A stretch of DNA of 64,000 bases from Pirellulales bacterium (GCA_018401745.1 JAGYJY010000017.1:88-64087), one strand, 5' to 3'. Shown: positions 1-11,856, counted from the first letter of the stretch. Notes: a model not told the origin generated them from the letters alone. A program made the numbers and translations.

Positions 1-82
1 CACCAGCCACCGTCGTTAGGCCAGGCTGCGGAGTTGTGCAGCTGGCAGCGCGGACGACGCGAGCAGGCGGGTGCGTCTGCTT

Positions 83-1292
83 TCACGCCAGCTGCGGCAG
101 CATCCGATCGGCTTCGTGCAGGACGATAAGGCTTTCGGCGGTGGCGGAGAGCCTGGCAATATCTTCGGCAGAGGCGGCGTGGCCGATATCGAGGCTTTCA
201 ACCGCTGCTTCATCGAGGTCGCTGGCGAGCACCAGCCGCCGTGAGCCGAGTGACCGGGCAAACTGGCGGGTGAGCATGGCGTCGCGAATCAGAGCGACGT
301 CGCCGCTGCGGACGGCCTCCTTGACCAGTGGTTCGATGGCCACACCCTGCCGCCAGCGGGTGAACACGACGCCCGGCTCTTCGCTCAGCCTGCTGACCAC
401 GCAGACGGTGCCATCGGGGTAGGTGACCCGCGCTGCCGCCGCTGCGGCGCGGACCACCGCCTCGAGGCCTGCGTGGGGGTCTGAGAGGGTGGTGATCGTG
501 ACCTCGGCTGCTCGCGCCAGTCGCGGCATCCAGGCCCTGGCGGCCCGCCGAGCAAGCGGCCGTCACGCCGGGCTCCATGCCGAACGAGGCATCTGCGAGG
601 GAGTCACCACAGCCGGGAACTGCCCGCAGCTCGGCGATCACGCCAAGCTGCCAGAGCACTTCCTGGGAGGCCGTCTTCCAGGCCCGGTGGCTGCCGCGGG
701 GCCGCATCGCAAGGGATCGCGCGAGCGTCTCGGAGGCAGCCCGTCGTGAGAAGGCAGGCCAGAGCTCGCCTTCGGTGGCTCGCCCACCAAGCGCTGCGTT
801 CCAGCCGAAGGATCCCACGCTCACCACCACGTCGGCATCGACCAGTGGCCGGGCGATGTACCGTGGATTCGCCTCGTCGTCCGCCATCAGATACGACGTG
901 TCGGCGTCGCTAGCGGGATCAAAGATCACGGTGGTGGCCCCTGGCACGACCGGCTGCAGTCGGCTTGTCCAGAGTCGCAGCACCTCAATGCGGTCTGGTG
1001 GAGCGCCCGCCGAGGCCAGGGTCGACACCACGGCCTCAAGCAGAGCCTGATTCTGCGGCACGGTGTCAGCCACCGCCACAACGATGCGGTCTCCCTCGAC
1101 GACATGCTCAACCAGTGGTGGGCCGTCGGCTGGCTGGGTGAGGGCGTCGGCAACCCGCTGCTTCACCTCTGCGGCTGCAATGCCGGCCGGTCCGCGGCAT
1201 TCGGCGGCGACCGCATCGGGGCTGGGGGAAAGCCGAAACGGCTCGTCGTGCCCGGCGTTGAGTTCGATGGTGTCTGAAGGTGTGCTCGACAT
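83..1292 (-). CDS. Lactate racemase (LarA) N-terminal-domain-like protein, degenerate; apparent frameshift near 560
   Basis: ORF 210..1334 from ATG 1292 (VADALTQPADGPPLVEHVVEGDRIVVAVAD...RYIARPLVDADVVVSVG) resembles the LarA/DUF2088 fold. The C-terminus continues in ORF 83..529 (AAAARVTYPDGTVCVVS). Confidence 0.6.
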
Positions 1293-1487
1293 GATCTTTC
1301 CAGGCAGCATACGCGTTGGTCGGTGGCAGGTCATCGGTGTCGTGGAATGACCCGGTCAACCGTCACGGTCGGATAATTTGGCTGACGATTCCATGCCGTT
1401 TCTGCGACTCGCCGAAGAGACCTGCAGGAGGCTCGGCGGCCTCCTCACGCGACACGACCCGCTCACGGGCATTTCGAGGACGTTGCC

Positions 1488-2085
1488 ATGCGCCACCGTC
1501 AGGTTTCTCTCAGTGCGGAGTTGTTGAAGGCTCACGTCGTGCTCCCCGTGGTCGTGGCGGTCGTGCTCTGCAGCTCGGCCTCTGCCCAAGACCATCGGCG
1601 GAACGCCGGGTCACCTGCACTGAACTGGCAGCCACCGGTTGTTCGACAAACAGCCGGATACACCGAGCGTGGCGTGGCCGCACCGCGGCAGGCGATGTCG
1701 CCGCGGGATGGCTCAACGCGGATGGCCATGAGCGACGGTGAGATCGTCATGGATGGCGGCATGATGATGTTTGATGAGGATCCCGGGTTTTCCGGGGCTG
1801 TGGGTATCAGTGGGGGCATGATGAGCGAGCCCTGCACCACCTGCCGCACGCCCCCGTGGCATGGAAACGTGTCGCCGCCGGCATACTGCGGCCCGGGCCA
1901 GTGCGGCCCTGCGTGCGACCCGTGCGACCCGTGCCAGCCCGTGTGATCCCTGTGATCGCCCCTCTCGTCGGTCGTGCTTCCCGAGGCTGCAGGCGCTCTT
2001 TTCCGAGGGCTACCTTGCCTCGCCGATGCCCCCCTGCGAGCCCCGCTGCCGCCACTGCGGAACGCCAGTGCCAGTCGGTTTCTGA
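1488..2085 (+). CDS. Secreted Met/Cys-rich hypothetical protein with CDPC repeats; apparent frameshift near 1938
   Basis: ORF 1488..1946 has a signal-peptide-like segment (VVVAVVLCSSASA-QD). Removing one C from cagcccgtgt joins it to ORF 1861..2085 (CDPCDR...CRHCGTPVPVGF). Confidence 0.55.
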
Positions 2086-2135
2086 TGGCTGCGGGGAGCT
2101 GCTGGCATGGCTCGCTCACGAGGCGTGTGGGCGAG

Positions 2136-3635
2136 TCAGGGCGTCCAGAGCCTGCCGACGGCCAGCATCCCGATCGTCACACAGGCTGCTCCGGCGAGGT
2201 CGAGAATCGCACCGGCCCGCACCATGTCGGCTAGCGGCACGCGACCTGATCCATAGACGATCGCATTGCAGGGAGTGCTCACTGGCATCATGAAGCCGAG
2301 GCTTGCCGCAAACGTGGCCGCAAGGGCTGCCGGGAGCGGGTCGGCGCCGACGGCTGTGGCCAGGGCAAGTCCCACCGGCACCACCATGTTGGCGCTGGCG
2401 GTGTTGCTGGTGAACTCGCTCGTGATCGCGGCCACAAGCGCCGCGGCGGCGATCAGGGTGATGCCGCCGCCTTCCGGGATCAGCCCGGTGATGGAGCGGC
2501 CAAGGCCGTCGGCGAGCCCTGTGGTGAAGGAGAGTTCGCCCAGAGCCATGCCGCCGCCGTAGAGCAGGATCACGCCCCAGTCGATTTTTGCGGCCTGTTC
2601 CCAGCTGAGCACCCGCGTGCCGTTGCCTCCAGGCAGAATGAACAGCGCGATGGCTCCCAGGAGGGCTGCCACCCCTTCGGGCACCCGTGAGGCCAGCAGG
2701 GCAGTCGCGGGATGCTCCTTGCCCACCACGAGGGCCAGCACCCCTGGCGCCACCCACAGGGAAACGGTGAGGCCAAAGGCAGCAGCGGCCGACCGTTGGC
2801 CCGTCGTCCAGCGTCCGAGGGTTTTCCGCTGGGCGTGCACGTAGGCCGTCACCCCTCGAGCCGTGAAACGCCCGCAGGAAAGAGGCTCGTGCCCACAACC
2901 ACGACAACTAGGAGCATGACGAGCGTCAGTGGCACGCCGAGCAGGCACCACGAGAAGAAGCTGATGTCAATCCCCAGTTGCTTCTCGATGAAGGCCAGGC
3001 CGATCAGGTTGGGGGGCGTGCCGATGGGGGTTGCCAGGCCGCCGATTGAGGAGGCGAAGGCCACCACCAGCAGCAGGCCGGTGGCAAAGCGTGGGTTGAG
3101 CCGGCGACCACCCTCTCCTTGATCCGCCTGCTCGATTGCCGCCAGGATGCCGCTGACAATCGCGAACATCATCGCGGTCGTGGCGGTGTTGGAGATCACT
3201 CCGCTGGTGACGCCGCAGACGAGAGCCACGGCTGCCATGATCCGCTTGGGATGCTCGCCAACCCAGGGCTGGGCGAGCACGGCATACGCCAGTCGCCGGT
3301 CGAGGCCATGCACGCGGATCGCCTCGGCGAGCATGAACGAGCCGATAAACAGAAAGATGAGCGGCTGCGCAAACGGCCGAAAGACGTCCTTCGCGGGGCC
3401 AACGCCCGTGACCACACAGGCAGCGACGCCCGCAAGCGCCTGTCACCGGCAGCGGCAGCGACTCACTCACCCAGAGCACAACAACTGCCGCCAGAACGCT
3501 TGCCAGCCGATGGGCCTCAGGCGTCAGGCCGCCTTCTCCCGTGGAGAGCGGGGCCACCGCCAGCCCCACCGCAGCCGCGACTGCGATCCCCAAGGAGATC
3601 GCCAGTCGCGGCGCGTTTGGAAGGCTACCTGGCAC
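2136..3635 (-). CDS. SLC13/DASS family anion:sodium symporter; two apparent frameshifts (~3443, ~2853)
   Basis: Three overlapping ORFs carry DASS motifs: WVSESLPLPVT, ISNTATTAMM, SSIGGLATPIGTPPN, SEFTSNTA and FMMPVSTPCNAIVYG. Confidence 0.88.
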
Positions 3636-3659
3636 CAGTCTGCCTGCGGGGGAGAGAAA

Positions 3660-6464
3660 CTACTTGCCGTGCTTGAGGGCCGCCTGGCCAGCAGCCAGCC
3701 GAGCCACCGGCACGCGGTACGGCGAACAGCTGACGTAGTCGAGGCCGATCTCGTGGCAGAAGACCACTGAGTGGGGCTCGCCACCATGCTCGCCACAGAT
3801 GCCGAGCTTGATATCTGGCCGCGTTTCCTTGCCTCGCTCAACACCGATCTTCATCAGCTGGCCGACGCCGGTGGTGTCGATCGAAGCAAACGGATTCGCC
3901 TTCACGATACCCATCTCGGTGTACATCGGCAGGAAGGTCGCCGAGTCGTCGCGGCTCATGCCGAGGCAGGTCTGCGTGAGGTCGTTGGTGCCGAACGAGA
4001 AGAACTCGGCTGTCTCAGCGATCTCGTTGGCCGTGAGCGCCCCGCGAGGGATCTCGATCATCGTGCCGACGAGATACTTGATCTTCTGGCCCGTCTCCTG
4101 CTGCACCTGCTTGGCGACCGCGTGCACGATCTCCACCTGGTTGTCGAGCTCCTTCTTGAAGCCGACCAGCGGAATCATGATCTCCGGCTTCACCTTGATG
4201 CCGTCTTTCTGCACCTTGGCAGCGGCTTCAAACACTGCCCGCGCCTGCATCGCAGAGATCTCCGGGTAGGAGATGCCCAAGCGGCAGCCACGATGGCCGA
4301 GCATCGGATTGAACTCGTGCAGGGCAGCCACCCGCCTCGCGACCGCCGAGGTGGAGATGCCGAGCTTGGCAGCCAGCTCCTTCTGGGCGTTGGTGTCGTG
4401 CGGCACGAACTCATGCAGCGGTGGGTCGAGGAAACGGATCGTGGCGGGCCGGCCCTCAAGTGCTCGGAAGATACCCTCGAAGTCCTCCCGCTGGTATGGC
4501 AGGAGCTTGGCGAGTGCCTCACGGCGGGTCTCGATGTTTTCCGCCAGGATCATCTCCCGCATTGCATCGATGCGGTCGCCCTCAAAGAACATGTGCTCGG
4601 TCCGGGTCAGACCGATGCCTTCGGCTCCGAAGGCAATCGCCTGTCGCACCTGTTCTGGCGTGTCGGCGTTGGTCCGGATGCCGAGGCGACGATACTTGTC
4701 GGCCAGCTTCATCACGAAGGAGAAGTACTGATAGACCTCAGAGTCTTCCGGCTTCATCGTGCCGCTGACGAGCACCTGCTTGAGCTCGCTGTCGGCGGTG
4801 CCGATGGCACCAGCAAAGACCTCACCGGTGGAGCCGTTGATCGAGATCGCGTCGCCTTCCTTGAGGGTCTTGCCAGCGCAGCTGAGCGTTCCCTTGGCGT
4901 AGTCGATCTGGATCTCGCCGGCACCAGCCACGCAGACCTTGCCCATCTGGCGGGCAACGAGAGCGGCATGGCTGGAGACACCACCACGGCTGGTGAGGAT
5001 GCCCTCAGCTGCAATCATGCCTCGCAGGTCTTCCGGGCTCGTCTCGATTCGCGCCAAGACAACGCTCTGCCCCTTGGCACCGAGCTGCTCGGCCTTGTCG
5101 GCCGTGAACACCAGCTGCCCGGAGGCGGCACCTGGGCCAGCAGGGAGGCCAGCGGTCAGCAGGCGGCCTTCGTCGCCCGCTGCCTGATAGGCCTTGCGGT
5201 CGAAGATCGGGGCAAGCAGCTGCGAAAGGGCATCGGGATCTGCCGAAAGGATCGCATGCTCCGCGGTCATCAGCTTCTGCTTGACCATGTCGTGGGCGAT
5301 CTTCACGTAGGCCAGGGCCGTTCGCTTGCCGTTGCGGGTCTGAAGCATGTAGAGCTTCTTCTTCTCAACGGTGAACTCGAAGTCCTGGACGTCGCCAAAC
5401 TTCTTCTCCAGCGTCGCCCGCACCTTCTCCAGCTCCTTGTAAGTGCTGGCAAAGCCGGGGTCGTGGGCCATCTCAGCGACGGGCTTGGGGGTTCGCACGC
5501 CGGCAACCACGTCTTCACCTTGGGCATTGATGAGGTACTCACCGTAAAACACGTCTTCGCCGGTGGCCGGGTCGCGGGTGAACGCCACGCCGGTGGCACA
5601 GTCGTCGCCCATGTTGCCAAAGACCATCGCCTGCACGTTGACGGCGGTGCCCCACTCATCGGGGATCTTGTACTTGCGGCGGTAGAGGATCGCCCGCTCG
5701 TTCATCCAGCTGCCGAAGACAGCGCTGACCGCACCGATCAGCTGCTCCATCGGATCCTGGGGAAACTCCTTGCCAGTCCGCTGCTTGATCAGCTGCTGGT
5801 AGCGCTTGATCAGCTCACGGAGATGCTCCTCGGTCAGTTCGAGGTCTTCGGTGACGCCGAGCTGCCGCTTCAGCCCGTCCATCACCTCTTCAAACGGCTC
5901 ATGCTCGTTCTCGTGGACCTTCTGCACGCCCATCACCACGTCGCCATACATCTGGATGAAGCGGCGGTAGGAGTCGTAGGCAAAGCGGCCGTTGCCGGTG
6001 GCCTCGGCGAGCCCGACAACCGTCTCGTTGTTGAGGCCGAGGTTGAGGATCGTGTCCATCATGCCCGGCATGCTGTCGCGGGCACCGGAACGAACGCTCA
6101 CCAGCAGCGTGTTGGAAGGATCGCCAAGCTTCTTGCCGGTCTCTTTCTCAATCAGCTTGACGTTGGTCGCGATCTGAGCTTCAAGACCCTCGGGAAACTT
6201 CTTCTTCGACGTGTAGAAATCGACGCAGCAGTCGGTGGTGATCGTGAAGCCGGGGGGCACCGGCAGGCCGATCTTGGTCATCTGCGCGAGGTTTGCGCCC
6301 TTACCACCGAGGAGGTCGCGCAGCGTCCCGTCGCCATCGCACTTCTTCGCGCCAAAGAAGTAGATCATCTTGCCGGCCTTAACCTTGGCAGCCTTGGCTG
6401 CCTTCGTTGCCTTCTTGGCGGACTTGCCGGTTTCCTTGGATGCCTTGCGAACGGTTTTGGCCAT
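3660..6464 (-). CDS. ppdK: Pyruvate, phosphate dikinase
   Basis: 934 aa with [31 protein letters not shown], phospho-His loop [27 protein letters not shown] and GICGEHGG. Confidence 0.98.
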   Translation of the reverse strand: MAKTVRKASKETGKSAKKATKAAKAAKVKAGKMIYFFGAKKCDGDGTLRDLLGGKGANLAQMTKIGLPVPPGFTITTDCCVDFYTSKKKFPEGLEAQIATNVKLIEKETGKKLGDPSNTLLVSVRSGARDSMPGMMDTILNLGLNNETVVGLAEATGNGRFAYDSYRRFIQMYGDVVMGVQKVHENEHEPFEEVMDGLKRQLGVTEDLELTEEHLRELIKRYQQLIKQRTGKEFPQDPMEQLIGAVSAVFGSWMNERAILYRRKYKIPDEWGTAVNVQAMVFGNMGDDCATGVAFTRDPATGEDVFYGEYLINAQGEDVVAGVRTPKPVAEMAHDPGFASTYKELEKVRATLEKKFGDVQDFEFTVEKKKLYMLQTRNGKRTALAYVKIAHDMVKQKLMTAEHAILSADPDALSQLLAPIFDRKAYQAAGDEGRLLTAGLPAGPGAASGQLVFTADKAEQLGAKGQSVVLARIETSPEDLRGMIAAEGILTSRGGVSSHAALVARQMGKVCVAGAGEIQIDYAKGTLSCAGKTLKEGDAISINGSTGEVFAGAIGTADSELKQVLVSGTMKPEDSEVYQYFSFVMKLADKYRRLGIRTNADTPEQVRQAIAFGAEGIGLTRTEHMFFEGDRIDAMREMILAENIETRREALAKLLPYQREDFEGIFRALEGRPATIRFLDPPLHEFVPHDTNAQKELAAKLGISTSAVARRVAALHEFNPMLGHRGCRLGISYPEISAMQARAVFEAAAKVQKDGIKVKPEIMIPLVGFKKELDNQVEIVHAVAKQVQQETGQKIKYLVGTMIEIPRGALTANEIAETAEFFSFGTNDLTQTCLGMSRDDSATFLPMYTEMGIVKANPFASIDTTGVGQLMKIGVERGKETRPDIKLGICGEHGGEPHSVVFCHEIGLDYVSCSPYRVPVARLAAGQAALKHGK

Positions 6465-6676
6465 GGACGAAACGTTCCTCTTGAGAGATCAGATTGAGAG
6501 ATCAGAGAACTTGGACGGAATACATGCGGCGTCTCGGTGAACAGCCGCGACATCACCTGTCTGTCGGCGCGGACCATCGGCACACGCGGAAAAACCGGCA
6601 AACTGTCCGCAGACTGTAGAGTCGCGGCAGGGCGACCGTCAACGACCCGCCCTGCTGTGGCGGTGCAGAACTCTCA

Positions 6677-6706
6677 TTCGCAGCGTCCACACACGAGAAC
6701 TATAAT
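6677..6706 (+). promoter_or_regulatory. Candidate sigma70 promoter for the PSD1/DUF1501 operon
   Basis: Perfect TATAAT at 6701-6706 in GC-rich DNA, TTCGCA 18 bp upstream, about 40 bp before the ORF start. Confidence 0.45.
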
Positions 6707-6748
6707 TCATCACTTTTCACGATGCCGACTTTGTGAGGATTTTGCCTG

Positions 6749-9261
6749 GTGCGTTTCCCTGACTTGAGCCTGCGAACAGCTGAGAACCCGCCCTGCTGGT
6801 CGCGGGGTGCGCTGACGGCCCTCTTCGTGGCCTGTGGGCTCTGGTGGCTCGCTGTTTTTCAGGCAGAGGCTGCCCGCGGGGAAGAAGCGACGCCCGACTT
6901 CAATCGCGACATCCGCCCAATCCTCTCCCACAACTGCGTTGCCTGTCACGGTCCCGACGAGCACGACCGCCAGGCGGGCCTGCGGCTTGACGACCCTGCA
7001 GCAGCCGCGGCTGAGCTTGAGAGCGGCCTGCGGGCGATCGTGCCTGGGGCACCGCAGAGCAGTGAGATGATCGTCCGCATTCGCGAGCAGGATCCCGATC
7101 TCGTGATGCCGCCGCCAGAGAGCCACCACGTGCTCGACGAGGCCCAAAAGCAGCTGCTTGAGCGGTGGATTGCTGCCGGCGCTCCCTACGCCCCGCACTG
7201 GGCCTACGTTGCTCCCAAGGCCTGGCCTACGCCGGCAGCCATCGATCGGGCCTGGCCACGGTCGTGGATCGATGCCTTTGTGCTCGACAGGCTCAAGCGG
7301 GAGCAGCTTGCCCCGGCGGACGATGCCGATCCGACAACCCTCGTGCGTCGGCTGCATCTCGATCTCACCGGCCTGCCGCCGACACCGGCCGAGCTGGATG
7401 CGTTCCTGGCGGACAGCACAGCCGATCGGGTCGAGCGGCGGGTCGACGCGCTGCTGGCATCCCCCCGGCATGCCGAGCGGCTGGCCAGCTGGTGGCTCGA
7501 CCTCGTCCGCTATGCCGACACCGTCGGCTACCACGGCGACCAGACCCACAACGCCTCACCCTATCGCGACTGGGTGATCCACGCCTTCCTTGAAAATGTG
7601 CCCTTCGATCGCTTCACCCTGCTGCAGCTCGCCGGGGATCTGGTGGAGCCCGCCGAAGGGGAGCATCCAGACGACCGCGTGCTTGCCTCCGCCTACAACC
7701 GGCTGCTGCAGACGTCGCACGAGGGTGGGATTCAAGTCAAGGAGTATCGGGCGATCTACCAGGCCGATCGCGTGCGAAACATCTCAGAGGTCTGGCTCGG
7801 GGCGACGCTCGGCTGCGCCCAGTGCCACGACCATAAATACGATCCCTTGACCAGCCGCGACTTCTACGCGATGGGGGCGTTTTTCGCCGACATCGATGAC
7901 GAGCGGCACATGGGCAATGCCGGCTTTGGCGGCGGCACCAACACGCTGCCCACCACCCGCTTGCCCGAGCGGGCGATTCTGGGGCCGTTTGACCGGGCGG
8001 AGGCGGAGCGGCTGGATCGGGAAATCGCCGAGCTCACCAAGAGGCTTTCTGCTGAGCCAGCTGCCGGCGATCAGGCCACCGGGAATGAGCCTGAGCCGGC
8101 AGCGGTCGTCGCCGCCCGGGAGCAGTCTGCCAGGCTCACAAAGCAGCGGGAGTCGCTCACTCGCGCGGTGATGATCACCGAGCAGCTGAAAACGCCGCGT
8201 GAGGTGCGGCTGCTGCCGCGAGGCAACTGGATGGATGAAACCGGCGAGGCTGTTGAGCCGGCGGTGCTGAGCGTTCTTGGCAGCCTGAACGTGGATGGCC
8301 GTGCCAGCCGCGAAGACCTCGCCCGCTGGCTGACCGAGCCCGTGGCCGAGGGAGGCATCGGTGAACTGACAGCTCGCGTGGTCGTCAACCGGCTGTGGGC
8401 CCTCTTCTTCGGCGAAGGGCTCTGCCGCAGCACCGACGACTTCGGCGGGCAGGGAGAGCCGCCCGATCATCCCGAGCTGCTCGATCGGCTGGCGCTCGAG
8501 CTGGTGGCGTCGGGCTGGGATCTTCGCAGCCTGATTCGGCAGATCGTCACCAGCCGCAGCTACCTTCAGTCCTCGGAGGCTTCGGCCGAGCTGCTCGCCC
8601 GCGATCCCGACAACCGGCTGCTGGCCCGGCAGGGTCGCTGGCGGCTGCCAGCGGAGCATGTCCGTGATGCCGCCCTCTTTGCCGGTGGACTGCTGGTCGA
8701 AGAGCTCGGTGGCCCGAGCGTGCGGCCCTACCAGCCGGCCGGCTACTACCAGCACCTCAACTTTCCCAAGCGAACCTACGCGGCCGACACCGATGAGCAG
8801 CAGTGGCGGCGGGGCCTCTACGTCCACTGGCAGCGGATGTTTCTCCATCCGCAGCTGGCGGCCTTCGATGCGCCGACGCGCGAGGAGTGCACCGCCCGCC
8901 GCCTGCCCTCCAACACACCGACGCAGGCGCTCGTGCTGCTCAACGATCCGACGTTTGTGGAGGCTGCCCGGGGCCTTGCTGCGCGGGCGATGCGGGCCAG
9001 CACCGCCGATGACGATCGGCTTTCCCTGCTCTGGCGGCAGGCGGTCTCGCGGGAGCCTGATGCGACGGAACGGGCGGTGCTGAGGGAGCTGCTTGCCAGG
9101 CGGCGCGAGGAGGCTGCCGCAAACCCCGAGGCGGCTCGAGCGCGCTGCTGGGAGTTGGGATGGCGGCGGCGGATGCGTCGCTGGAGCCGGATGAGCTCGC
9201 AGCCTGGACGGCCGTGGCCCGCAGTGTGCTCAACCTGCACGAGGCCATCGCCCGCTATTAA
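6749..9261 (+). CDS. Planctomycete cytochrome c / PSCyt2 (DUF1549) / PSD1 (DUF1553) protein; apparent frameshift near 9140
   Basis: DFNRDIRPILSHNCVACHGPD (CxxCH), RRLHLDLTGLPP, WLDLVRYADT, CAQCHDHKYDP, NTPTQALVLLNDP. The canonical C-terminus (AAWTAVARSVLNLHEAIARY, stop 9259-9261) lies in a shifted frame. Confidence 0.92.
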
Positions 9262-9297
9262 CAGTCCGCCCCACACCAGCAGGACGAGGAGTCGATC

Positions 9298-10729
9298 ATG
9301 ATCAGCCCGACACCACTGCACCGCCGCTGCTTTCTCGGCCAGGCGGGGCTCTCGCTCGGTGCGGCGTCGCTCGGCGGCCTGCTCGCCCGCGACGGCCTCG
9401 CCGCTCTTGATTTGCCGGCGGCCGCCCGCGGGGCGATCTGGCCGCTGCACCATCCGCCGCAGGCCAAGGCTGTGATCTTTCTCTGCCTGGCCGGTGGGCC
9501 GAGCCACCTGGAAACCTTCGACAACAAGCCGACGCTCGCCCGGCTCGACGGCCAGCCGATGCCCGAGAGCGTGACGGCCGGCCAGCCGATCGCCCAGCTG
9601 CAGGGCAAGGAACTGGTCGTGCTCGGGCCGCGAAAGCCGTTTTCCCGCTACGGGGAATGCGGCGCTGAGATCAGCGACTACCTGCCGCGGCTGGGCGGTT
9701 TTGCCGACCGGCTGGCGATCGTGCGGAGCATGGTCACCGAGCAGATCAACCACGACCCGGCCCACACCTTTCTCAACTGCGGCACCGCCATCTCCGGACG
9801 GCCCAGCATGGGCGCGTGGGTGACCTATGGCCTCGGCAGCGAGGCCGACGACCTGCCCGGCTTTGTGGTGATGACGAGCAAGATGGGCCGCAATCCGCAG
9901 CCGATCGCCGCTCGGCAGTGGCACTCGGGCTTTCTGCCGGGGCAGTTTCAAGGCGTGGAGTTTGCCACGAGCGGTTCGCCGGTGAACTACGTGGCGAGCC
10001 CGCCGGGTGTTTCCGAGGCGCATCAGCGCGACGTGATCGACACGGTGGCGGCCCTCGAGCGGCACCGGCTTGCGACCGTTGCCGATCCAGAAATCGCCAC
10101 GCGAATCCGGCAATATGAGCTCGCCTTCCGGATGCAGATGAGCGTGCCGGAGCTGGCCGATCTCTCCGATGAAACCGCAGAGACTCTCGCTTGCTACGGG
10201 GCTGAGCCTGGCCGCGCGACGATCGGCACCAACTGCCTGATGGCCCGGCGGCTGGTGGAGCGGGGCGTGCGGTTTGTGCATCTCTACCACAGCGACTGGG
10301 ATCACCATGGCGGCATCGAGCCCTACATGGACGAAATCTGTCCGCCGACCGACCGGGCTGCCGCGGCTTTGCTTGCCGACCTGGAGGAGCGAGGCCTGCT
10401 TGAGGAGACGCTCGTGGTGATTGGCGGGGAGTTTGGCCGCACGCCGATGGCCCAGAGCAAAGACAAGGGCGCCGGCCGCGACCATCACATCAAGGGCTTC
10501 AGCATGGCCCTGGCAGGAGGTGGCATCCGCGGCGGGGTGACCCACGGCGAGACCGACGAGTTTGGCTACCACGCGGTGACCGACATCGTGCACGTTCGCG
10601 ACCTGCACGCCACGATGCTGCACCTGCTGGGCATCGACCACACTCGCTTTCAGCGTGGCCTTCCAAGGCCTCGACGCCAAGCTCACCGGCGTGGAGCAAG
10701 CCCGCGTGGTGACGCCGCTGCTGGCGTAG
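9298..10729 (+). CDS. DUF1501 domain protein with Tat-like leader; apparent frameshift near 10650
   Basis: HRRCFLGQ leader, GGPSHLETFD, GRPSMGAWVTYGLGSE, GEFGRTP, HVRDLHATMLHLLGIDH. The canonical end FQGLDAKLTGVE..LLA (TAG 10727-10729) is in a shifted frame. Confidence 0.92.
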
Positions 10730-10840
10730 GGCTCGTGATTCGAGACCTCGTGAAACCAACGTGACGTGCGCCAATCATTGAAGGCACCCCGGGGCACCGA
10801 GGGCCGCGCCCAGCGATGGGCTCGGTTTTCTTGGCTGGCA

Positions 10841-11254
10841 TTATGGGCTGCGGAGGTTTGGATCGCTCTGCCGCAGCTGCCACCAGGAGGTTTTCTCCAG
10901 GGGCAGCCGAGGCACGGAGGATGTCCAGGCTCCGGCGGCATCAAGGGCCCGGCTGAAGGGGCCACCAGCCACGAGGCTCGCGGCGATCACGCCAGCTGCG
11001 ACGGCCGAGAGGGTGGCGGAGATCAGCGACCGCCGCTGCTTCTGCTCGACGAGGTGCGGCTCTGGTGGTGGCAGCGGAATGCCGCCATACCAGTCGCGGA
11101 CCAGGTCTTCGATCGCCAGGGCCGTTCCTGCGGTCCGACGGGCGTCGGCATCGTGGCGCAGGGCATCGGCCGCCCGGTCAGCTTCCTCGAGGATCGACTC
11201 GCCCGAGAGCCAGATGCTGATGTCTTGGCTGAGCTGGTCACGAAGGGGATTCAT
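10841..11254 (-). CDS. Probable membrane-anchored anti-sigma factor
   Basis: Coupled by ATGA overlap to the ECF gene. N-terminal ASD-like helices (ISIWLSGE..EEADRAADAL) and one hydrophobic segment. Confidence 0.55.
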   Translation of the reverse strand: MNPLRDQLSQDISIWLSGESILEEADRAADALRHDADARRTAGTALAIEDLVRDWYGGIPLPPPEPHLVEQKQRRSLISATLSAVAAGVIAASLVAGGPFSRALDAAGAWTSSVPRLPLEKTSWWQLRQSDPNLRSP

Positions 11255-11823
11255 CGTCGGCCCTCCACAATCGCCCCGAGGTATGACCGCAGCTGCGTGC
11301 GGGCGCGGTGGATCGCGTTGTTGACCTCCGCGTAGGAGAGCCCGAGCGTCTCGGCGGTGTCACGGTAGCTGAGCCCCTCGCAGACGGTGAGCAGAAAGCA
11401 GCCCCGCTCCCGGTCCGGAAGGTTGGCGACGGCCTCAGCAACCCGATCGGCCACCTCACGGGTTTCGGCTGCGGCCGCCGGTGAGACAACGGTTGCCGCC
11501 TGGAGCGAGGCGATCCGTCGGTGCTCGGCCTGCCGCGACCTGCGATGATCGATGCACAGCCGGGCGGCAGTCTTCACGAGATACGGTCCGAACAGCTCCT
11601 CAAGCCGATAGCGGTGGCGGTGTTCAAAGAGTCGCTTCAACGCCTCCTGCACAATGTCTTCGGCGAGATGCCGATCACCGAGGAAGGCCGTGGCAAACCG
11701 CAGCACACGCTGGCGGTGGGCTGTTGCCAGCTCCGCAAACATGTCGGCCGACAGGCGTCCAGCGGCCGCCATCTCGCGTGCGGCGGTCGCTCCTCTGGTC
11801 GAGACTGACGGATGGTGTTGCAT
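11251..11823 (-). CDS. ECF RNA polymerase sigma factor
   Basis: Region 2 LAEDIVQEAL...YLVKTAARLCIDH; region 4 EGLSYRDTAETLGLS..VNNAIHRARTQLR. Confidence 0.9.
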   Translation of the reverse strand: MQHHPSVSTRGATAAREMAAAGRLSADMFAELATAHRQRVLRFATAFLGDRHLAEDIVQEALKRLFEHRHRYRLEELFGPYLVKTAARLCIDHRRSRQAEHRRIASLQAATVVSPAAAAETREVADRVAEAVANLPDRERGCFLLTVCEGLSYRDTAETLGLSYAEVNNAIHRARTQLRSYLGAIVEGRR

Positions 11824-11856
11824 GGGATGCTCCCGAACCCGCTCACCTGGCTGAGG

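Noticed and set aside
2136-3635. Pseudogene calls for the frameshifted genes (DASS transporter, MMPL, ABC ATPase, Gfo and others)
   Set aside because: The indels sit mostly in homopolymers and the reading frames are otherwise intact, so sequencing error is more parsimonious.
3771-6497. 908-aa ORF antisense to ppdK (similar long antisense ORFs lie opposite DUF1501, DUF1015, tsf/pyrH, ilvC, MMPL and eutB)
   Set aside because: Shadow ORFs expected from high-GC codon bias opposite real genes; they show no recognisable motifs.
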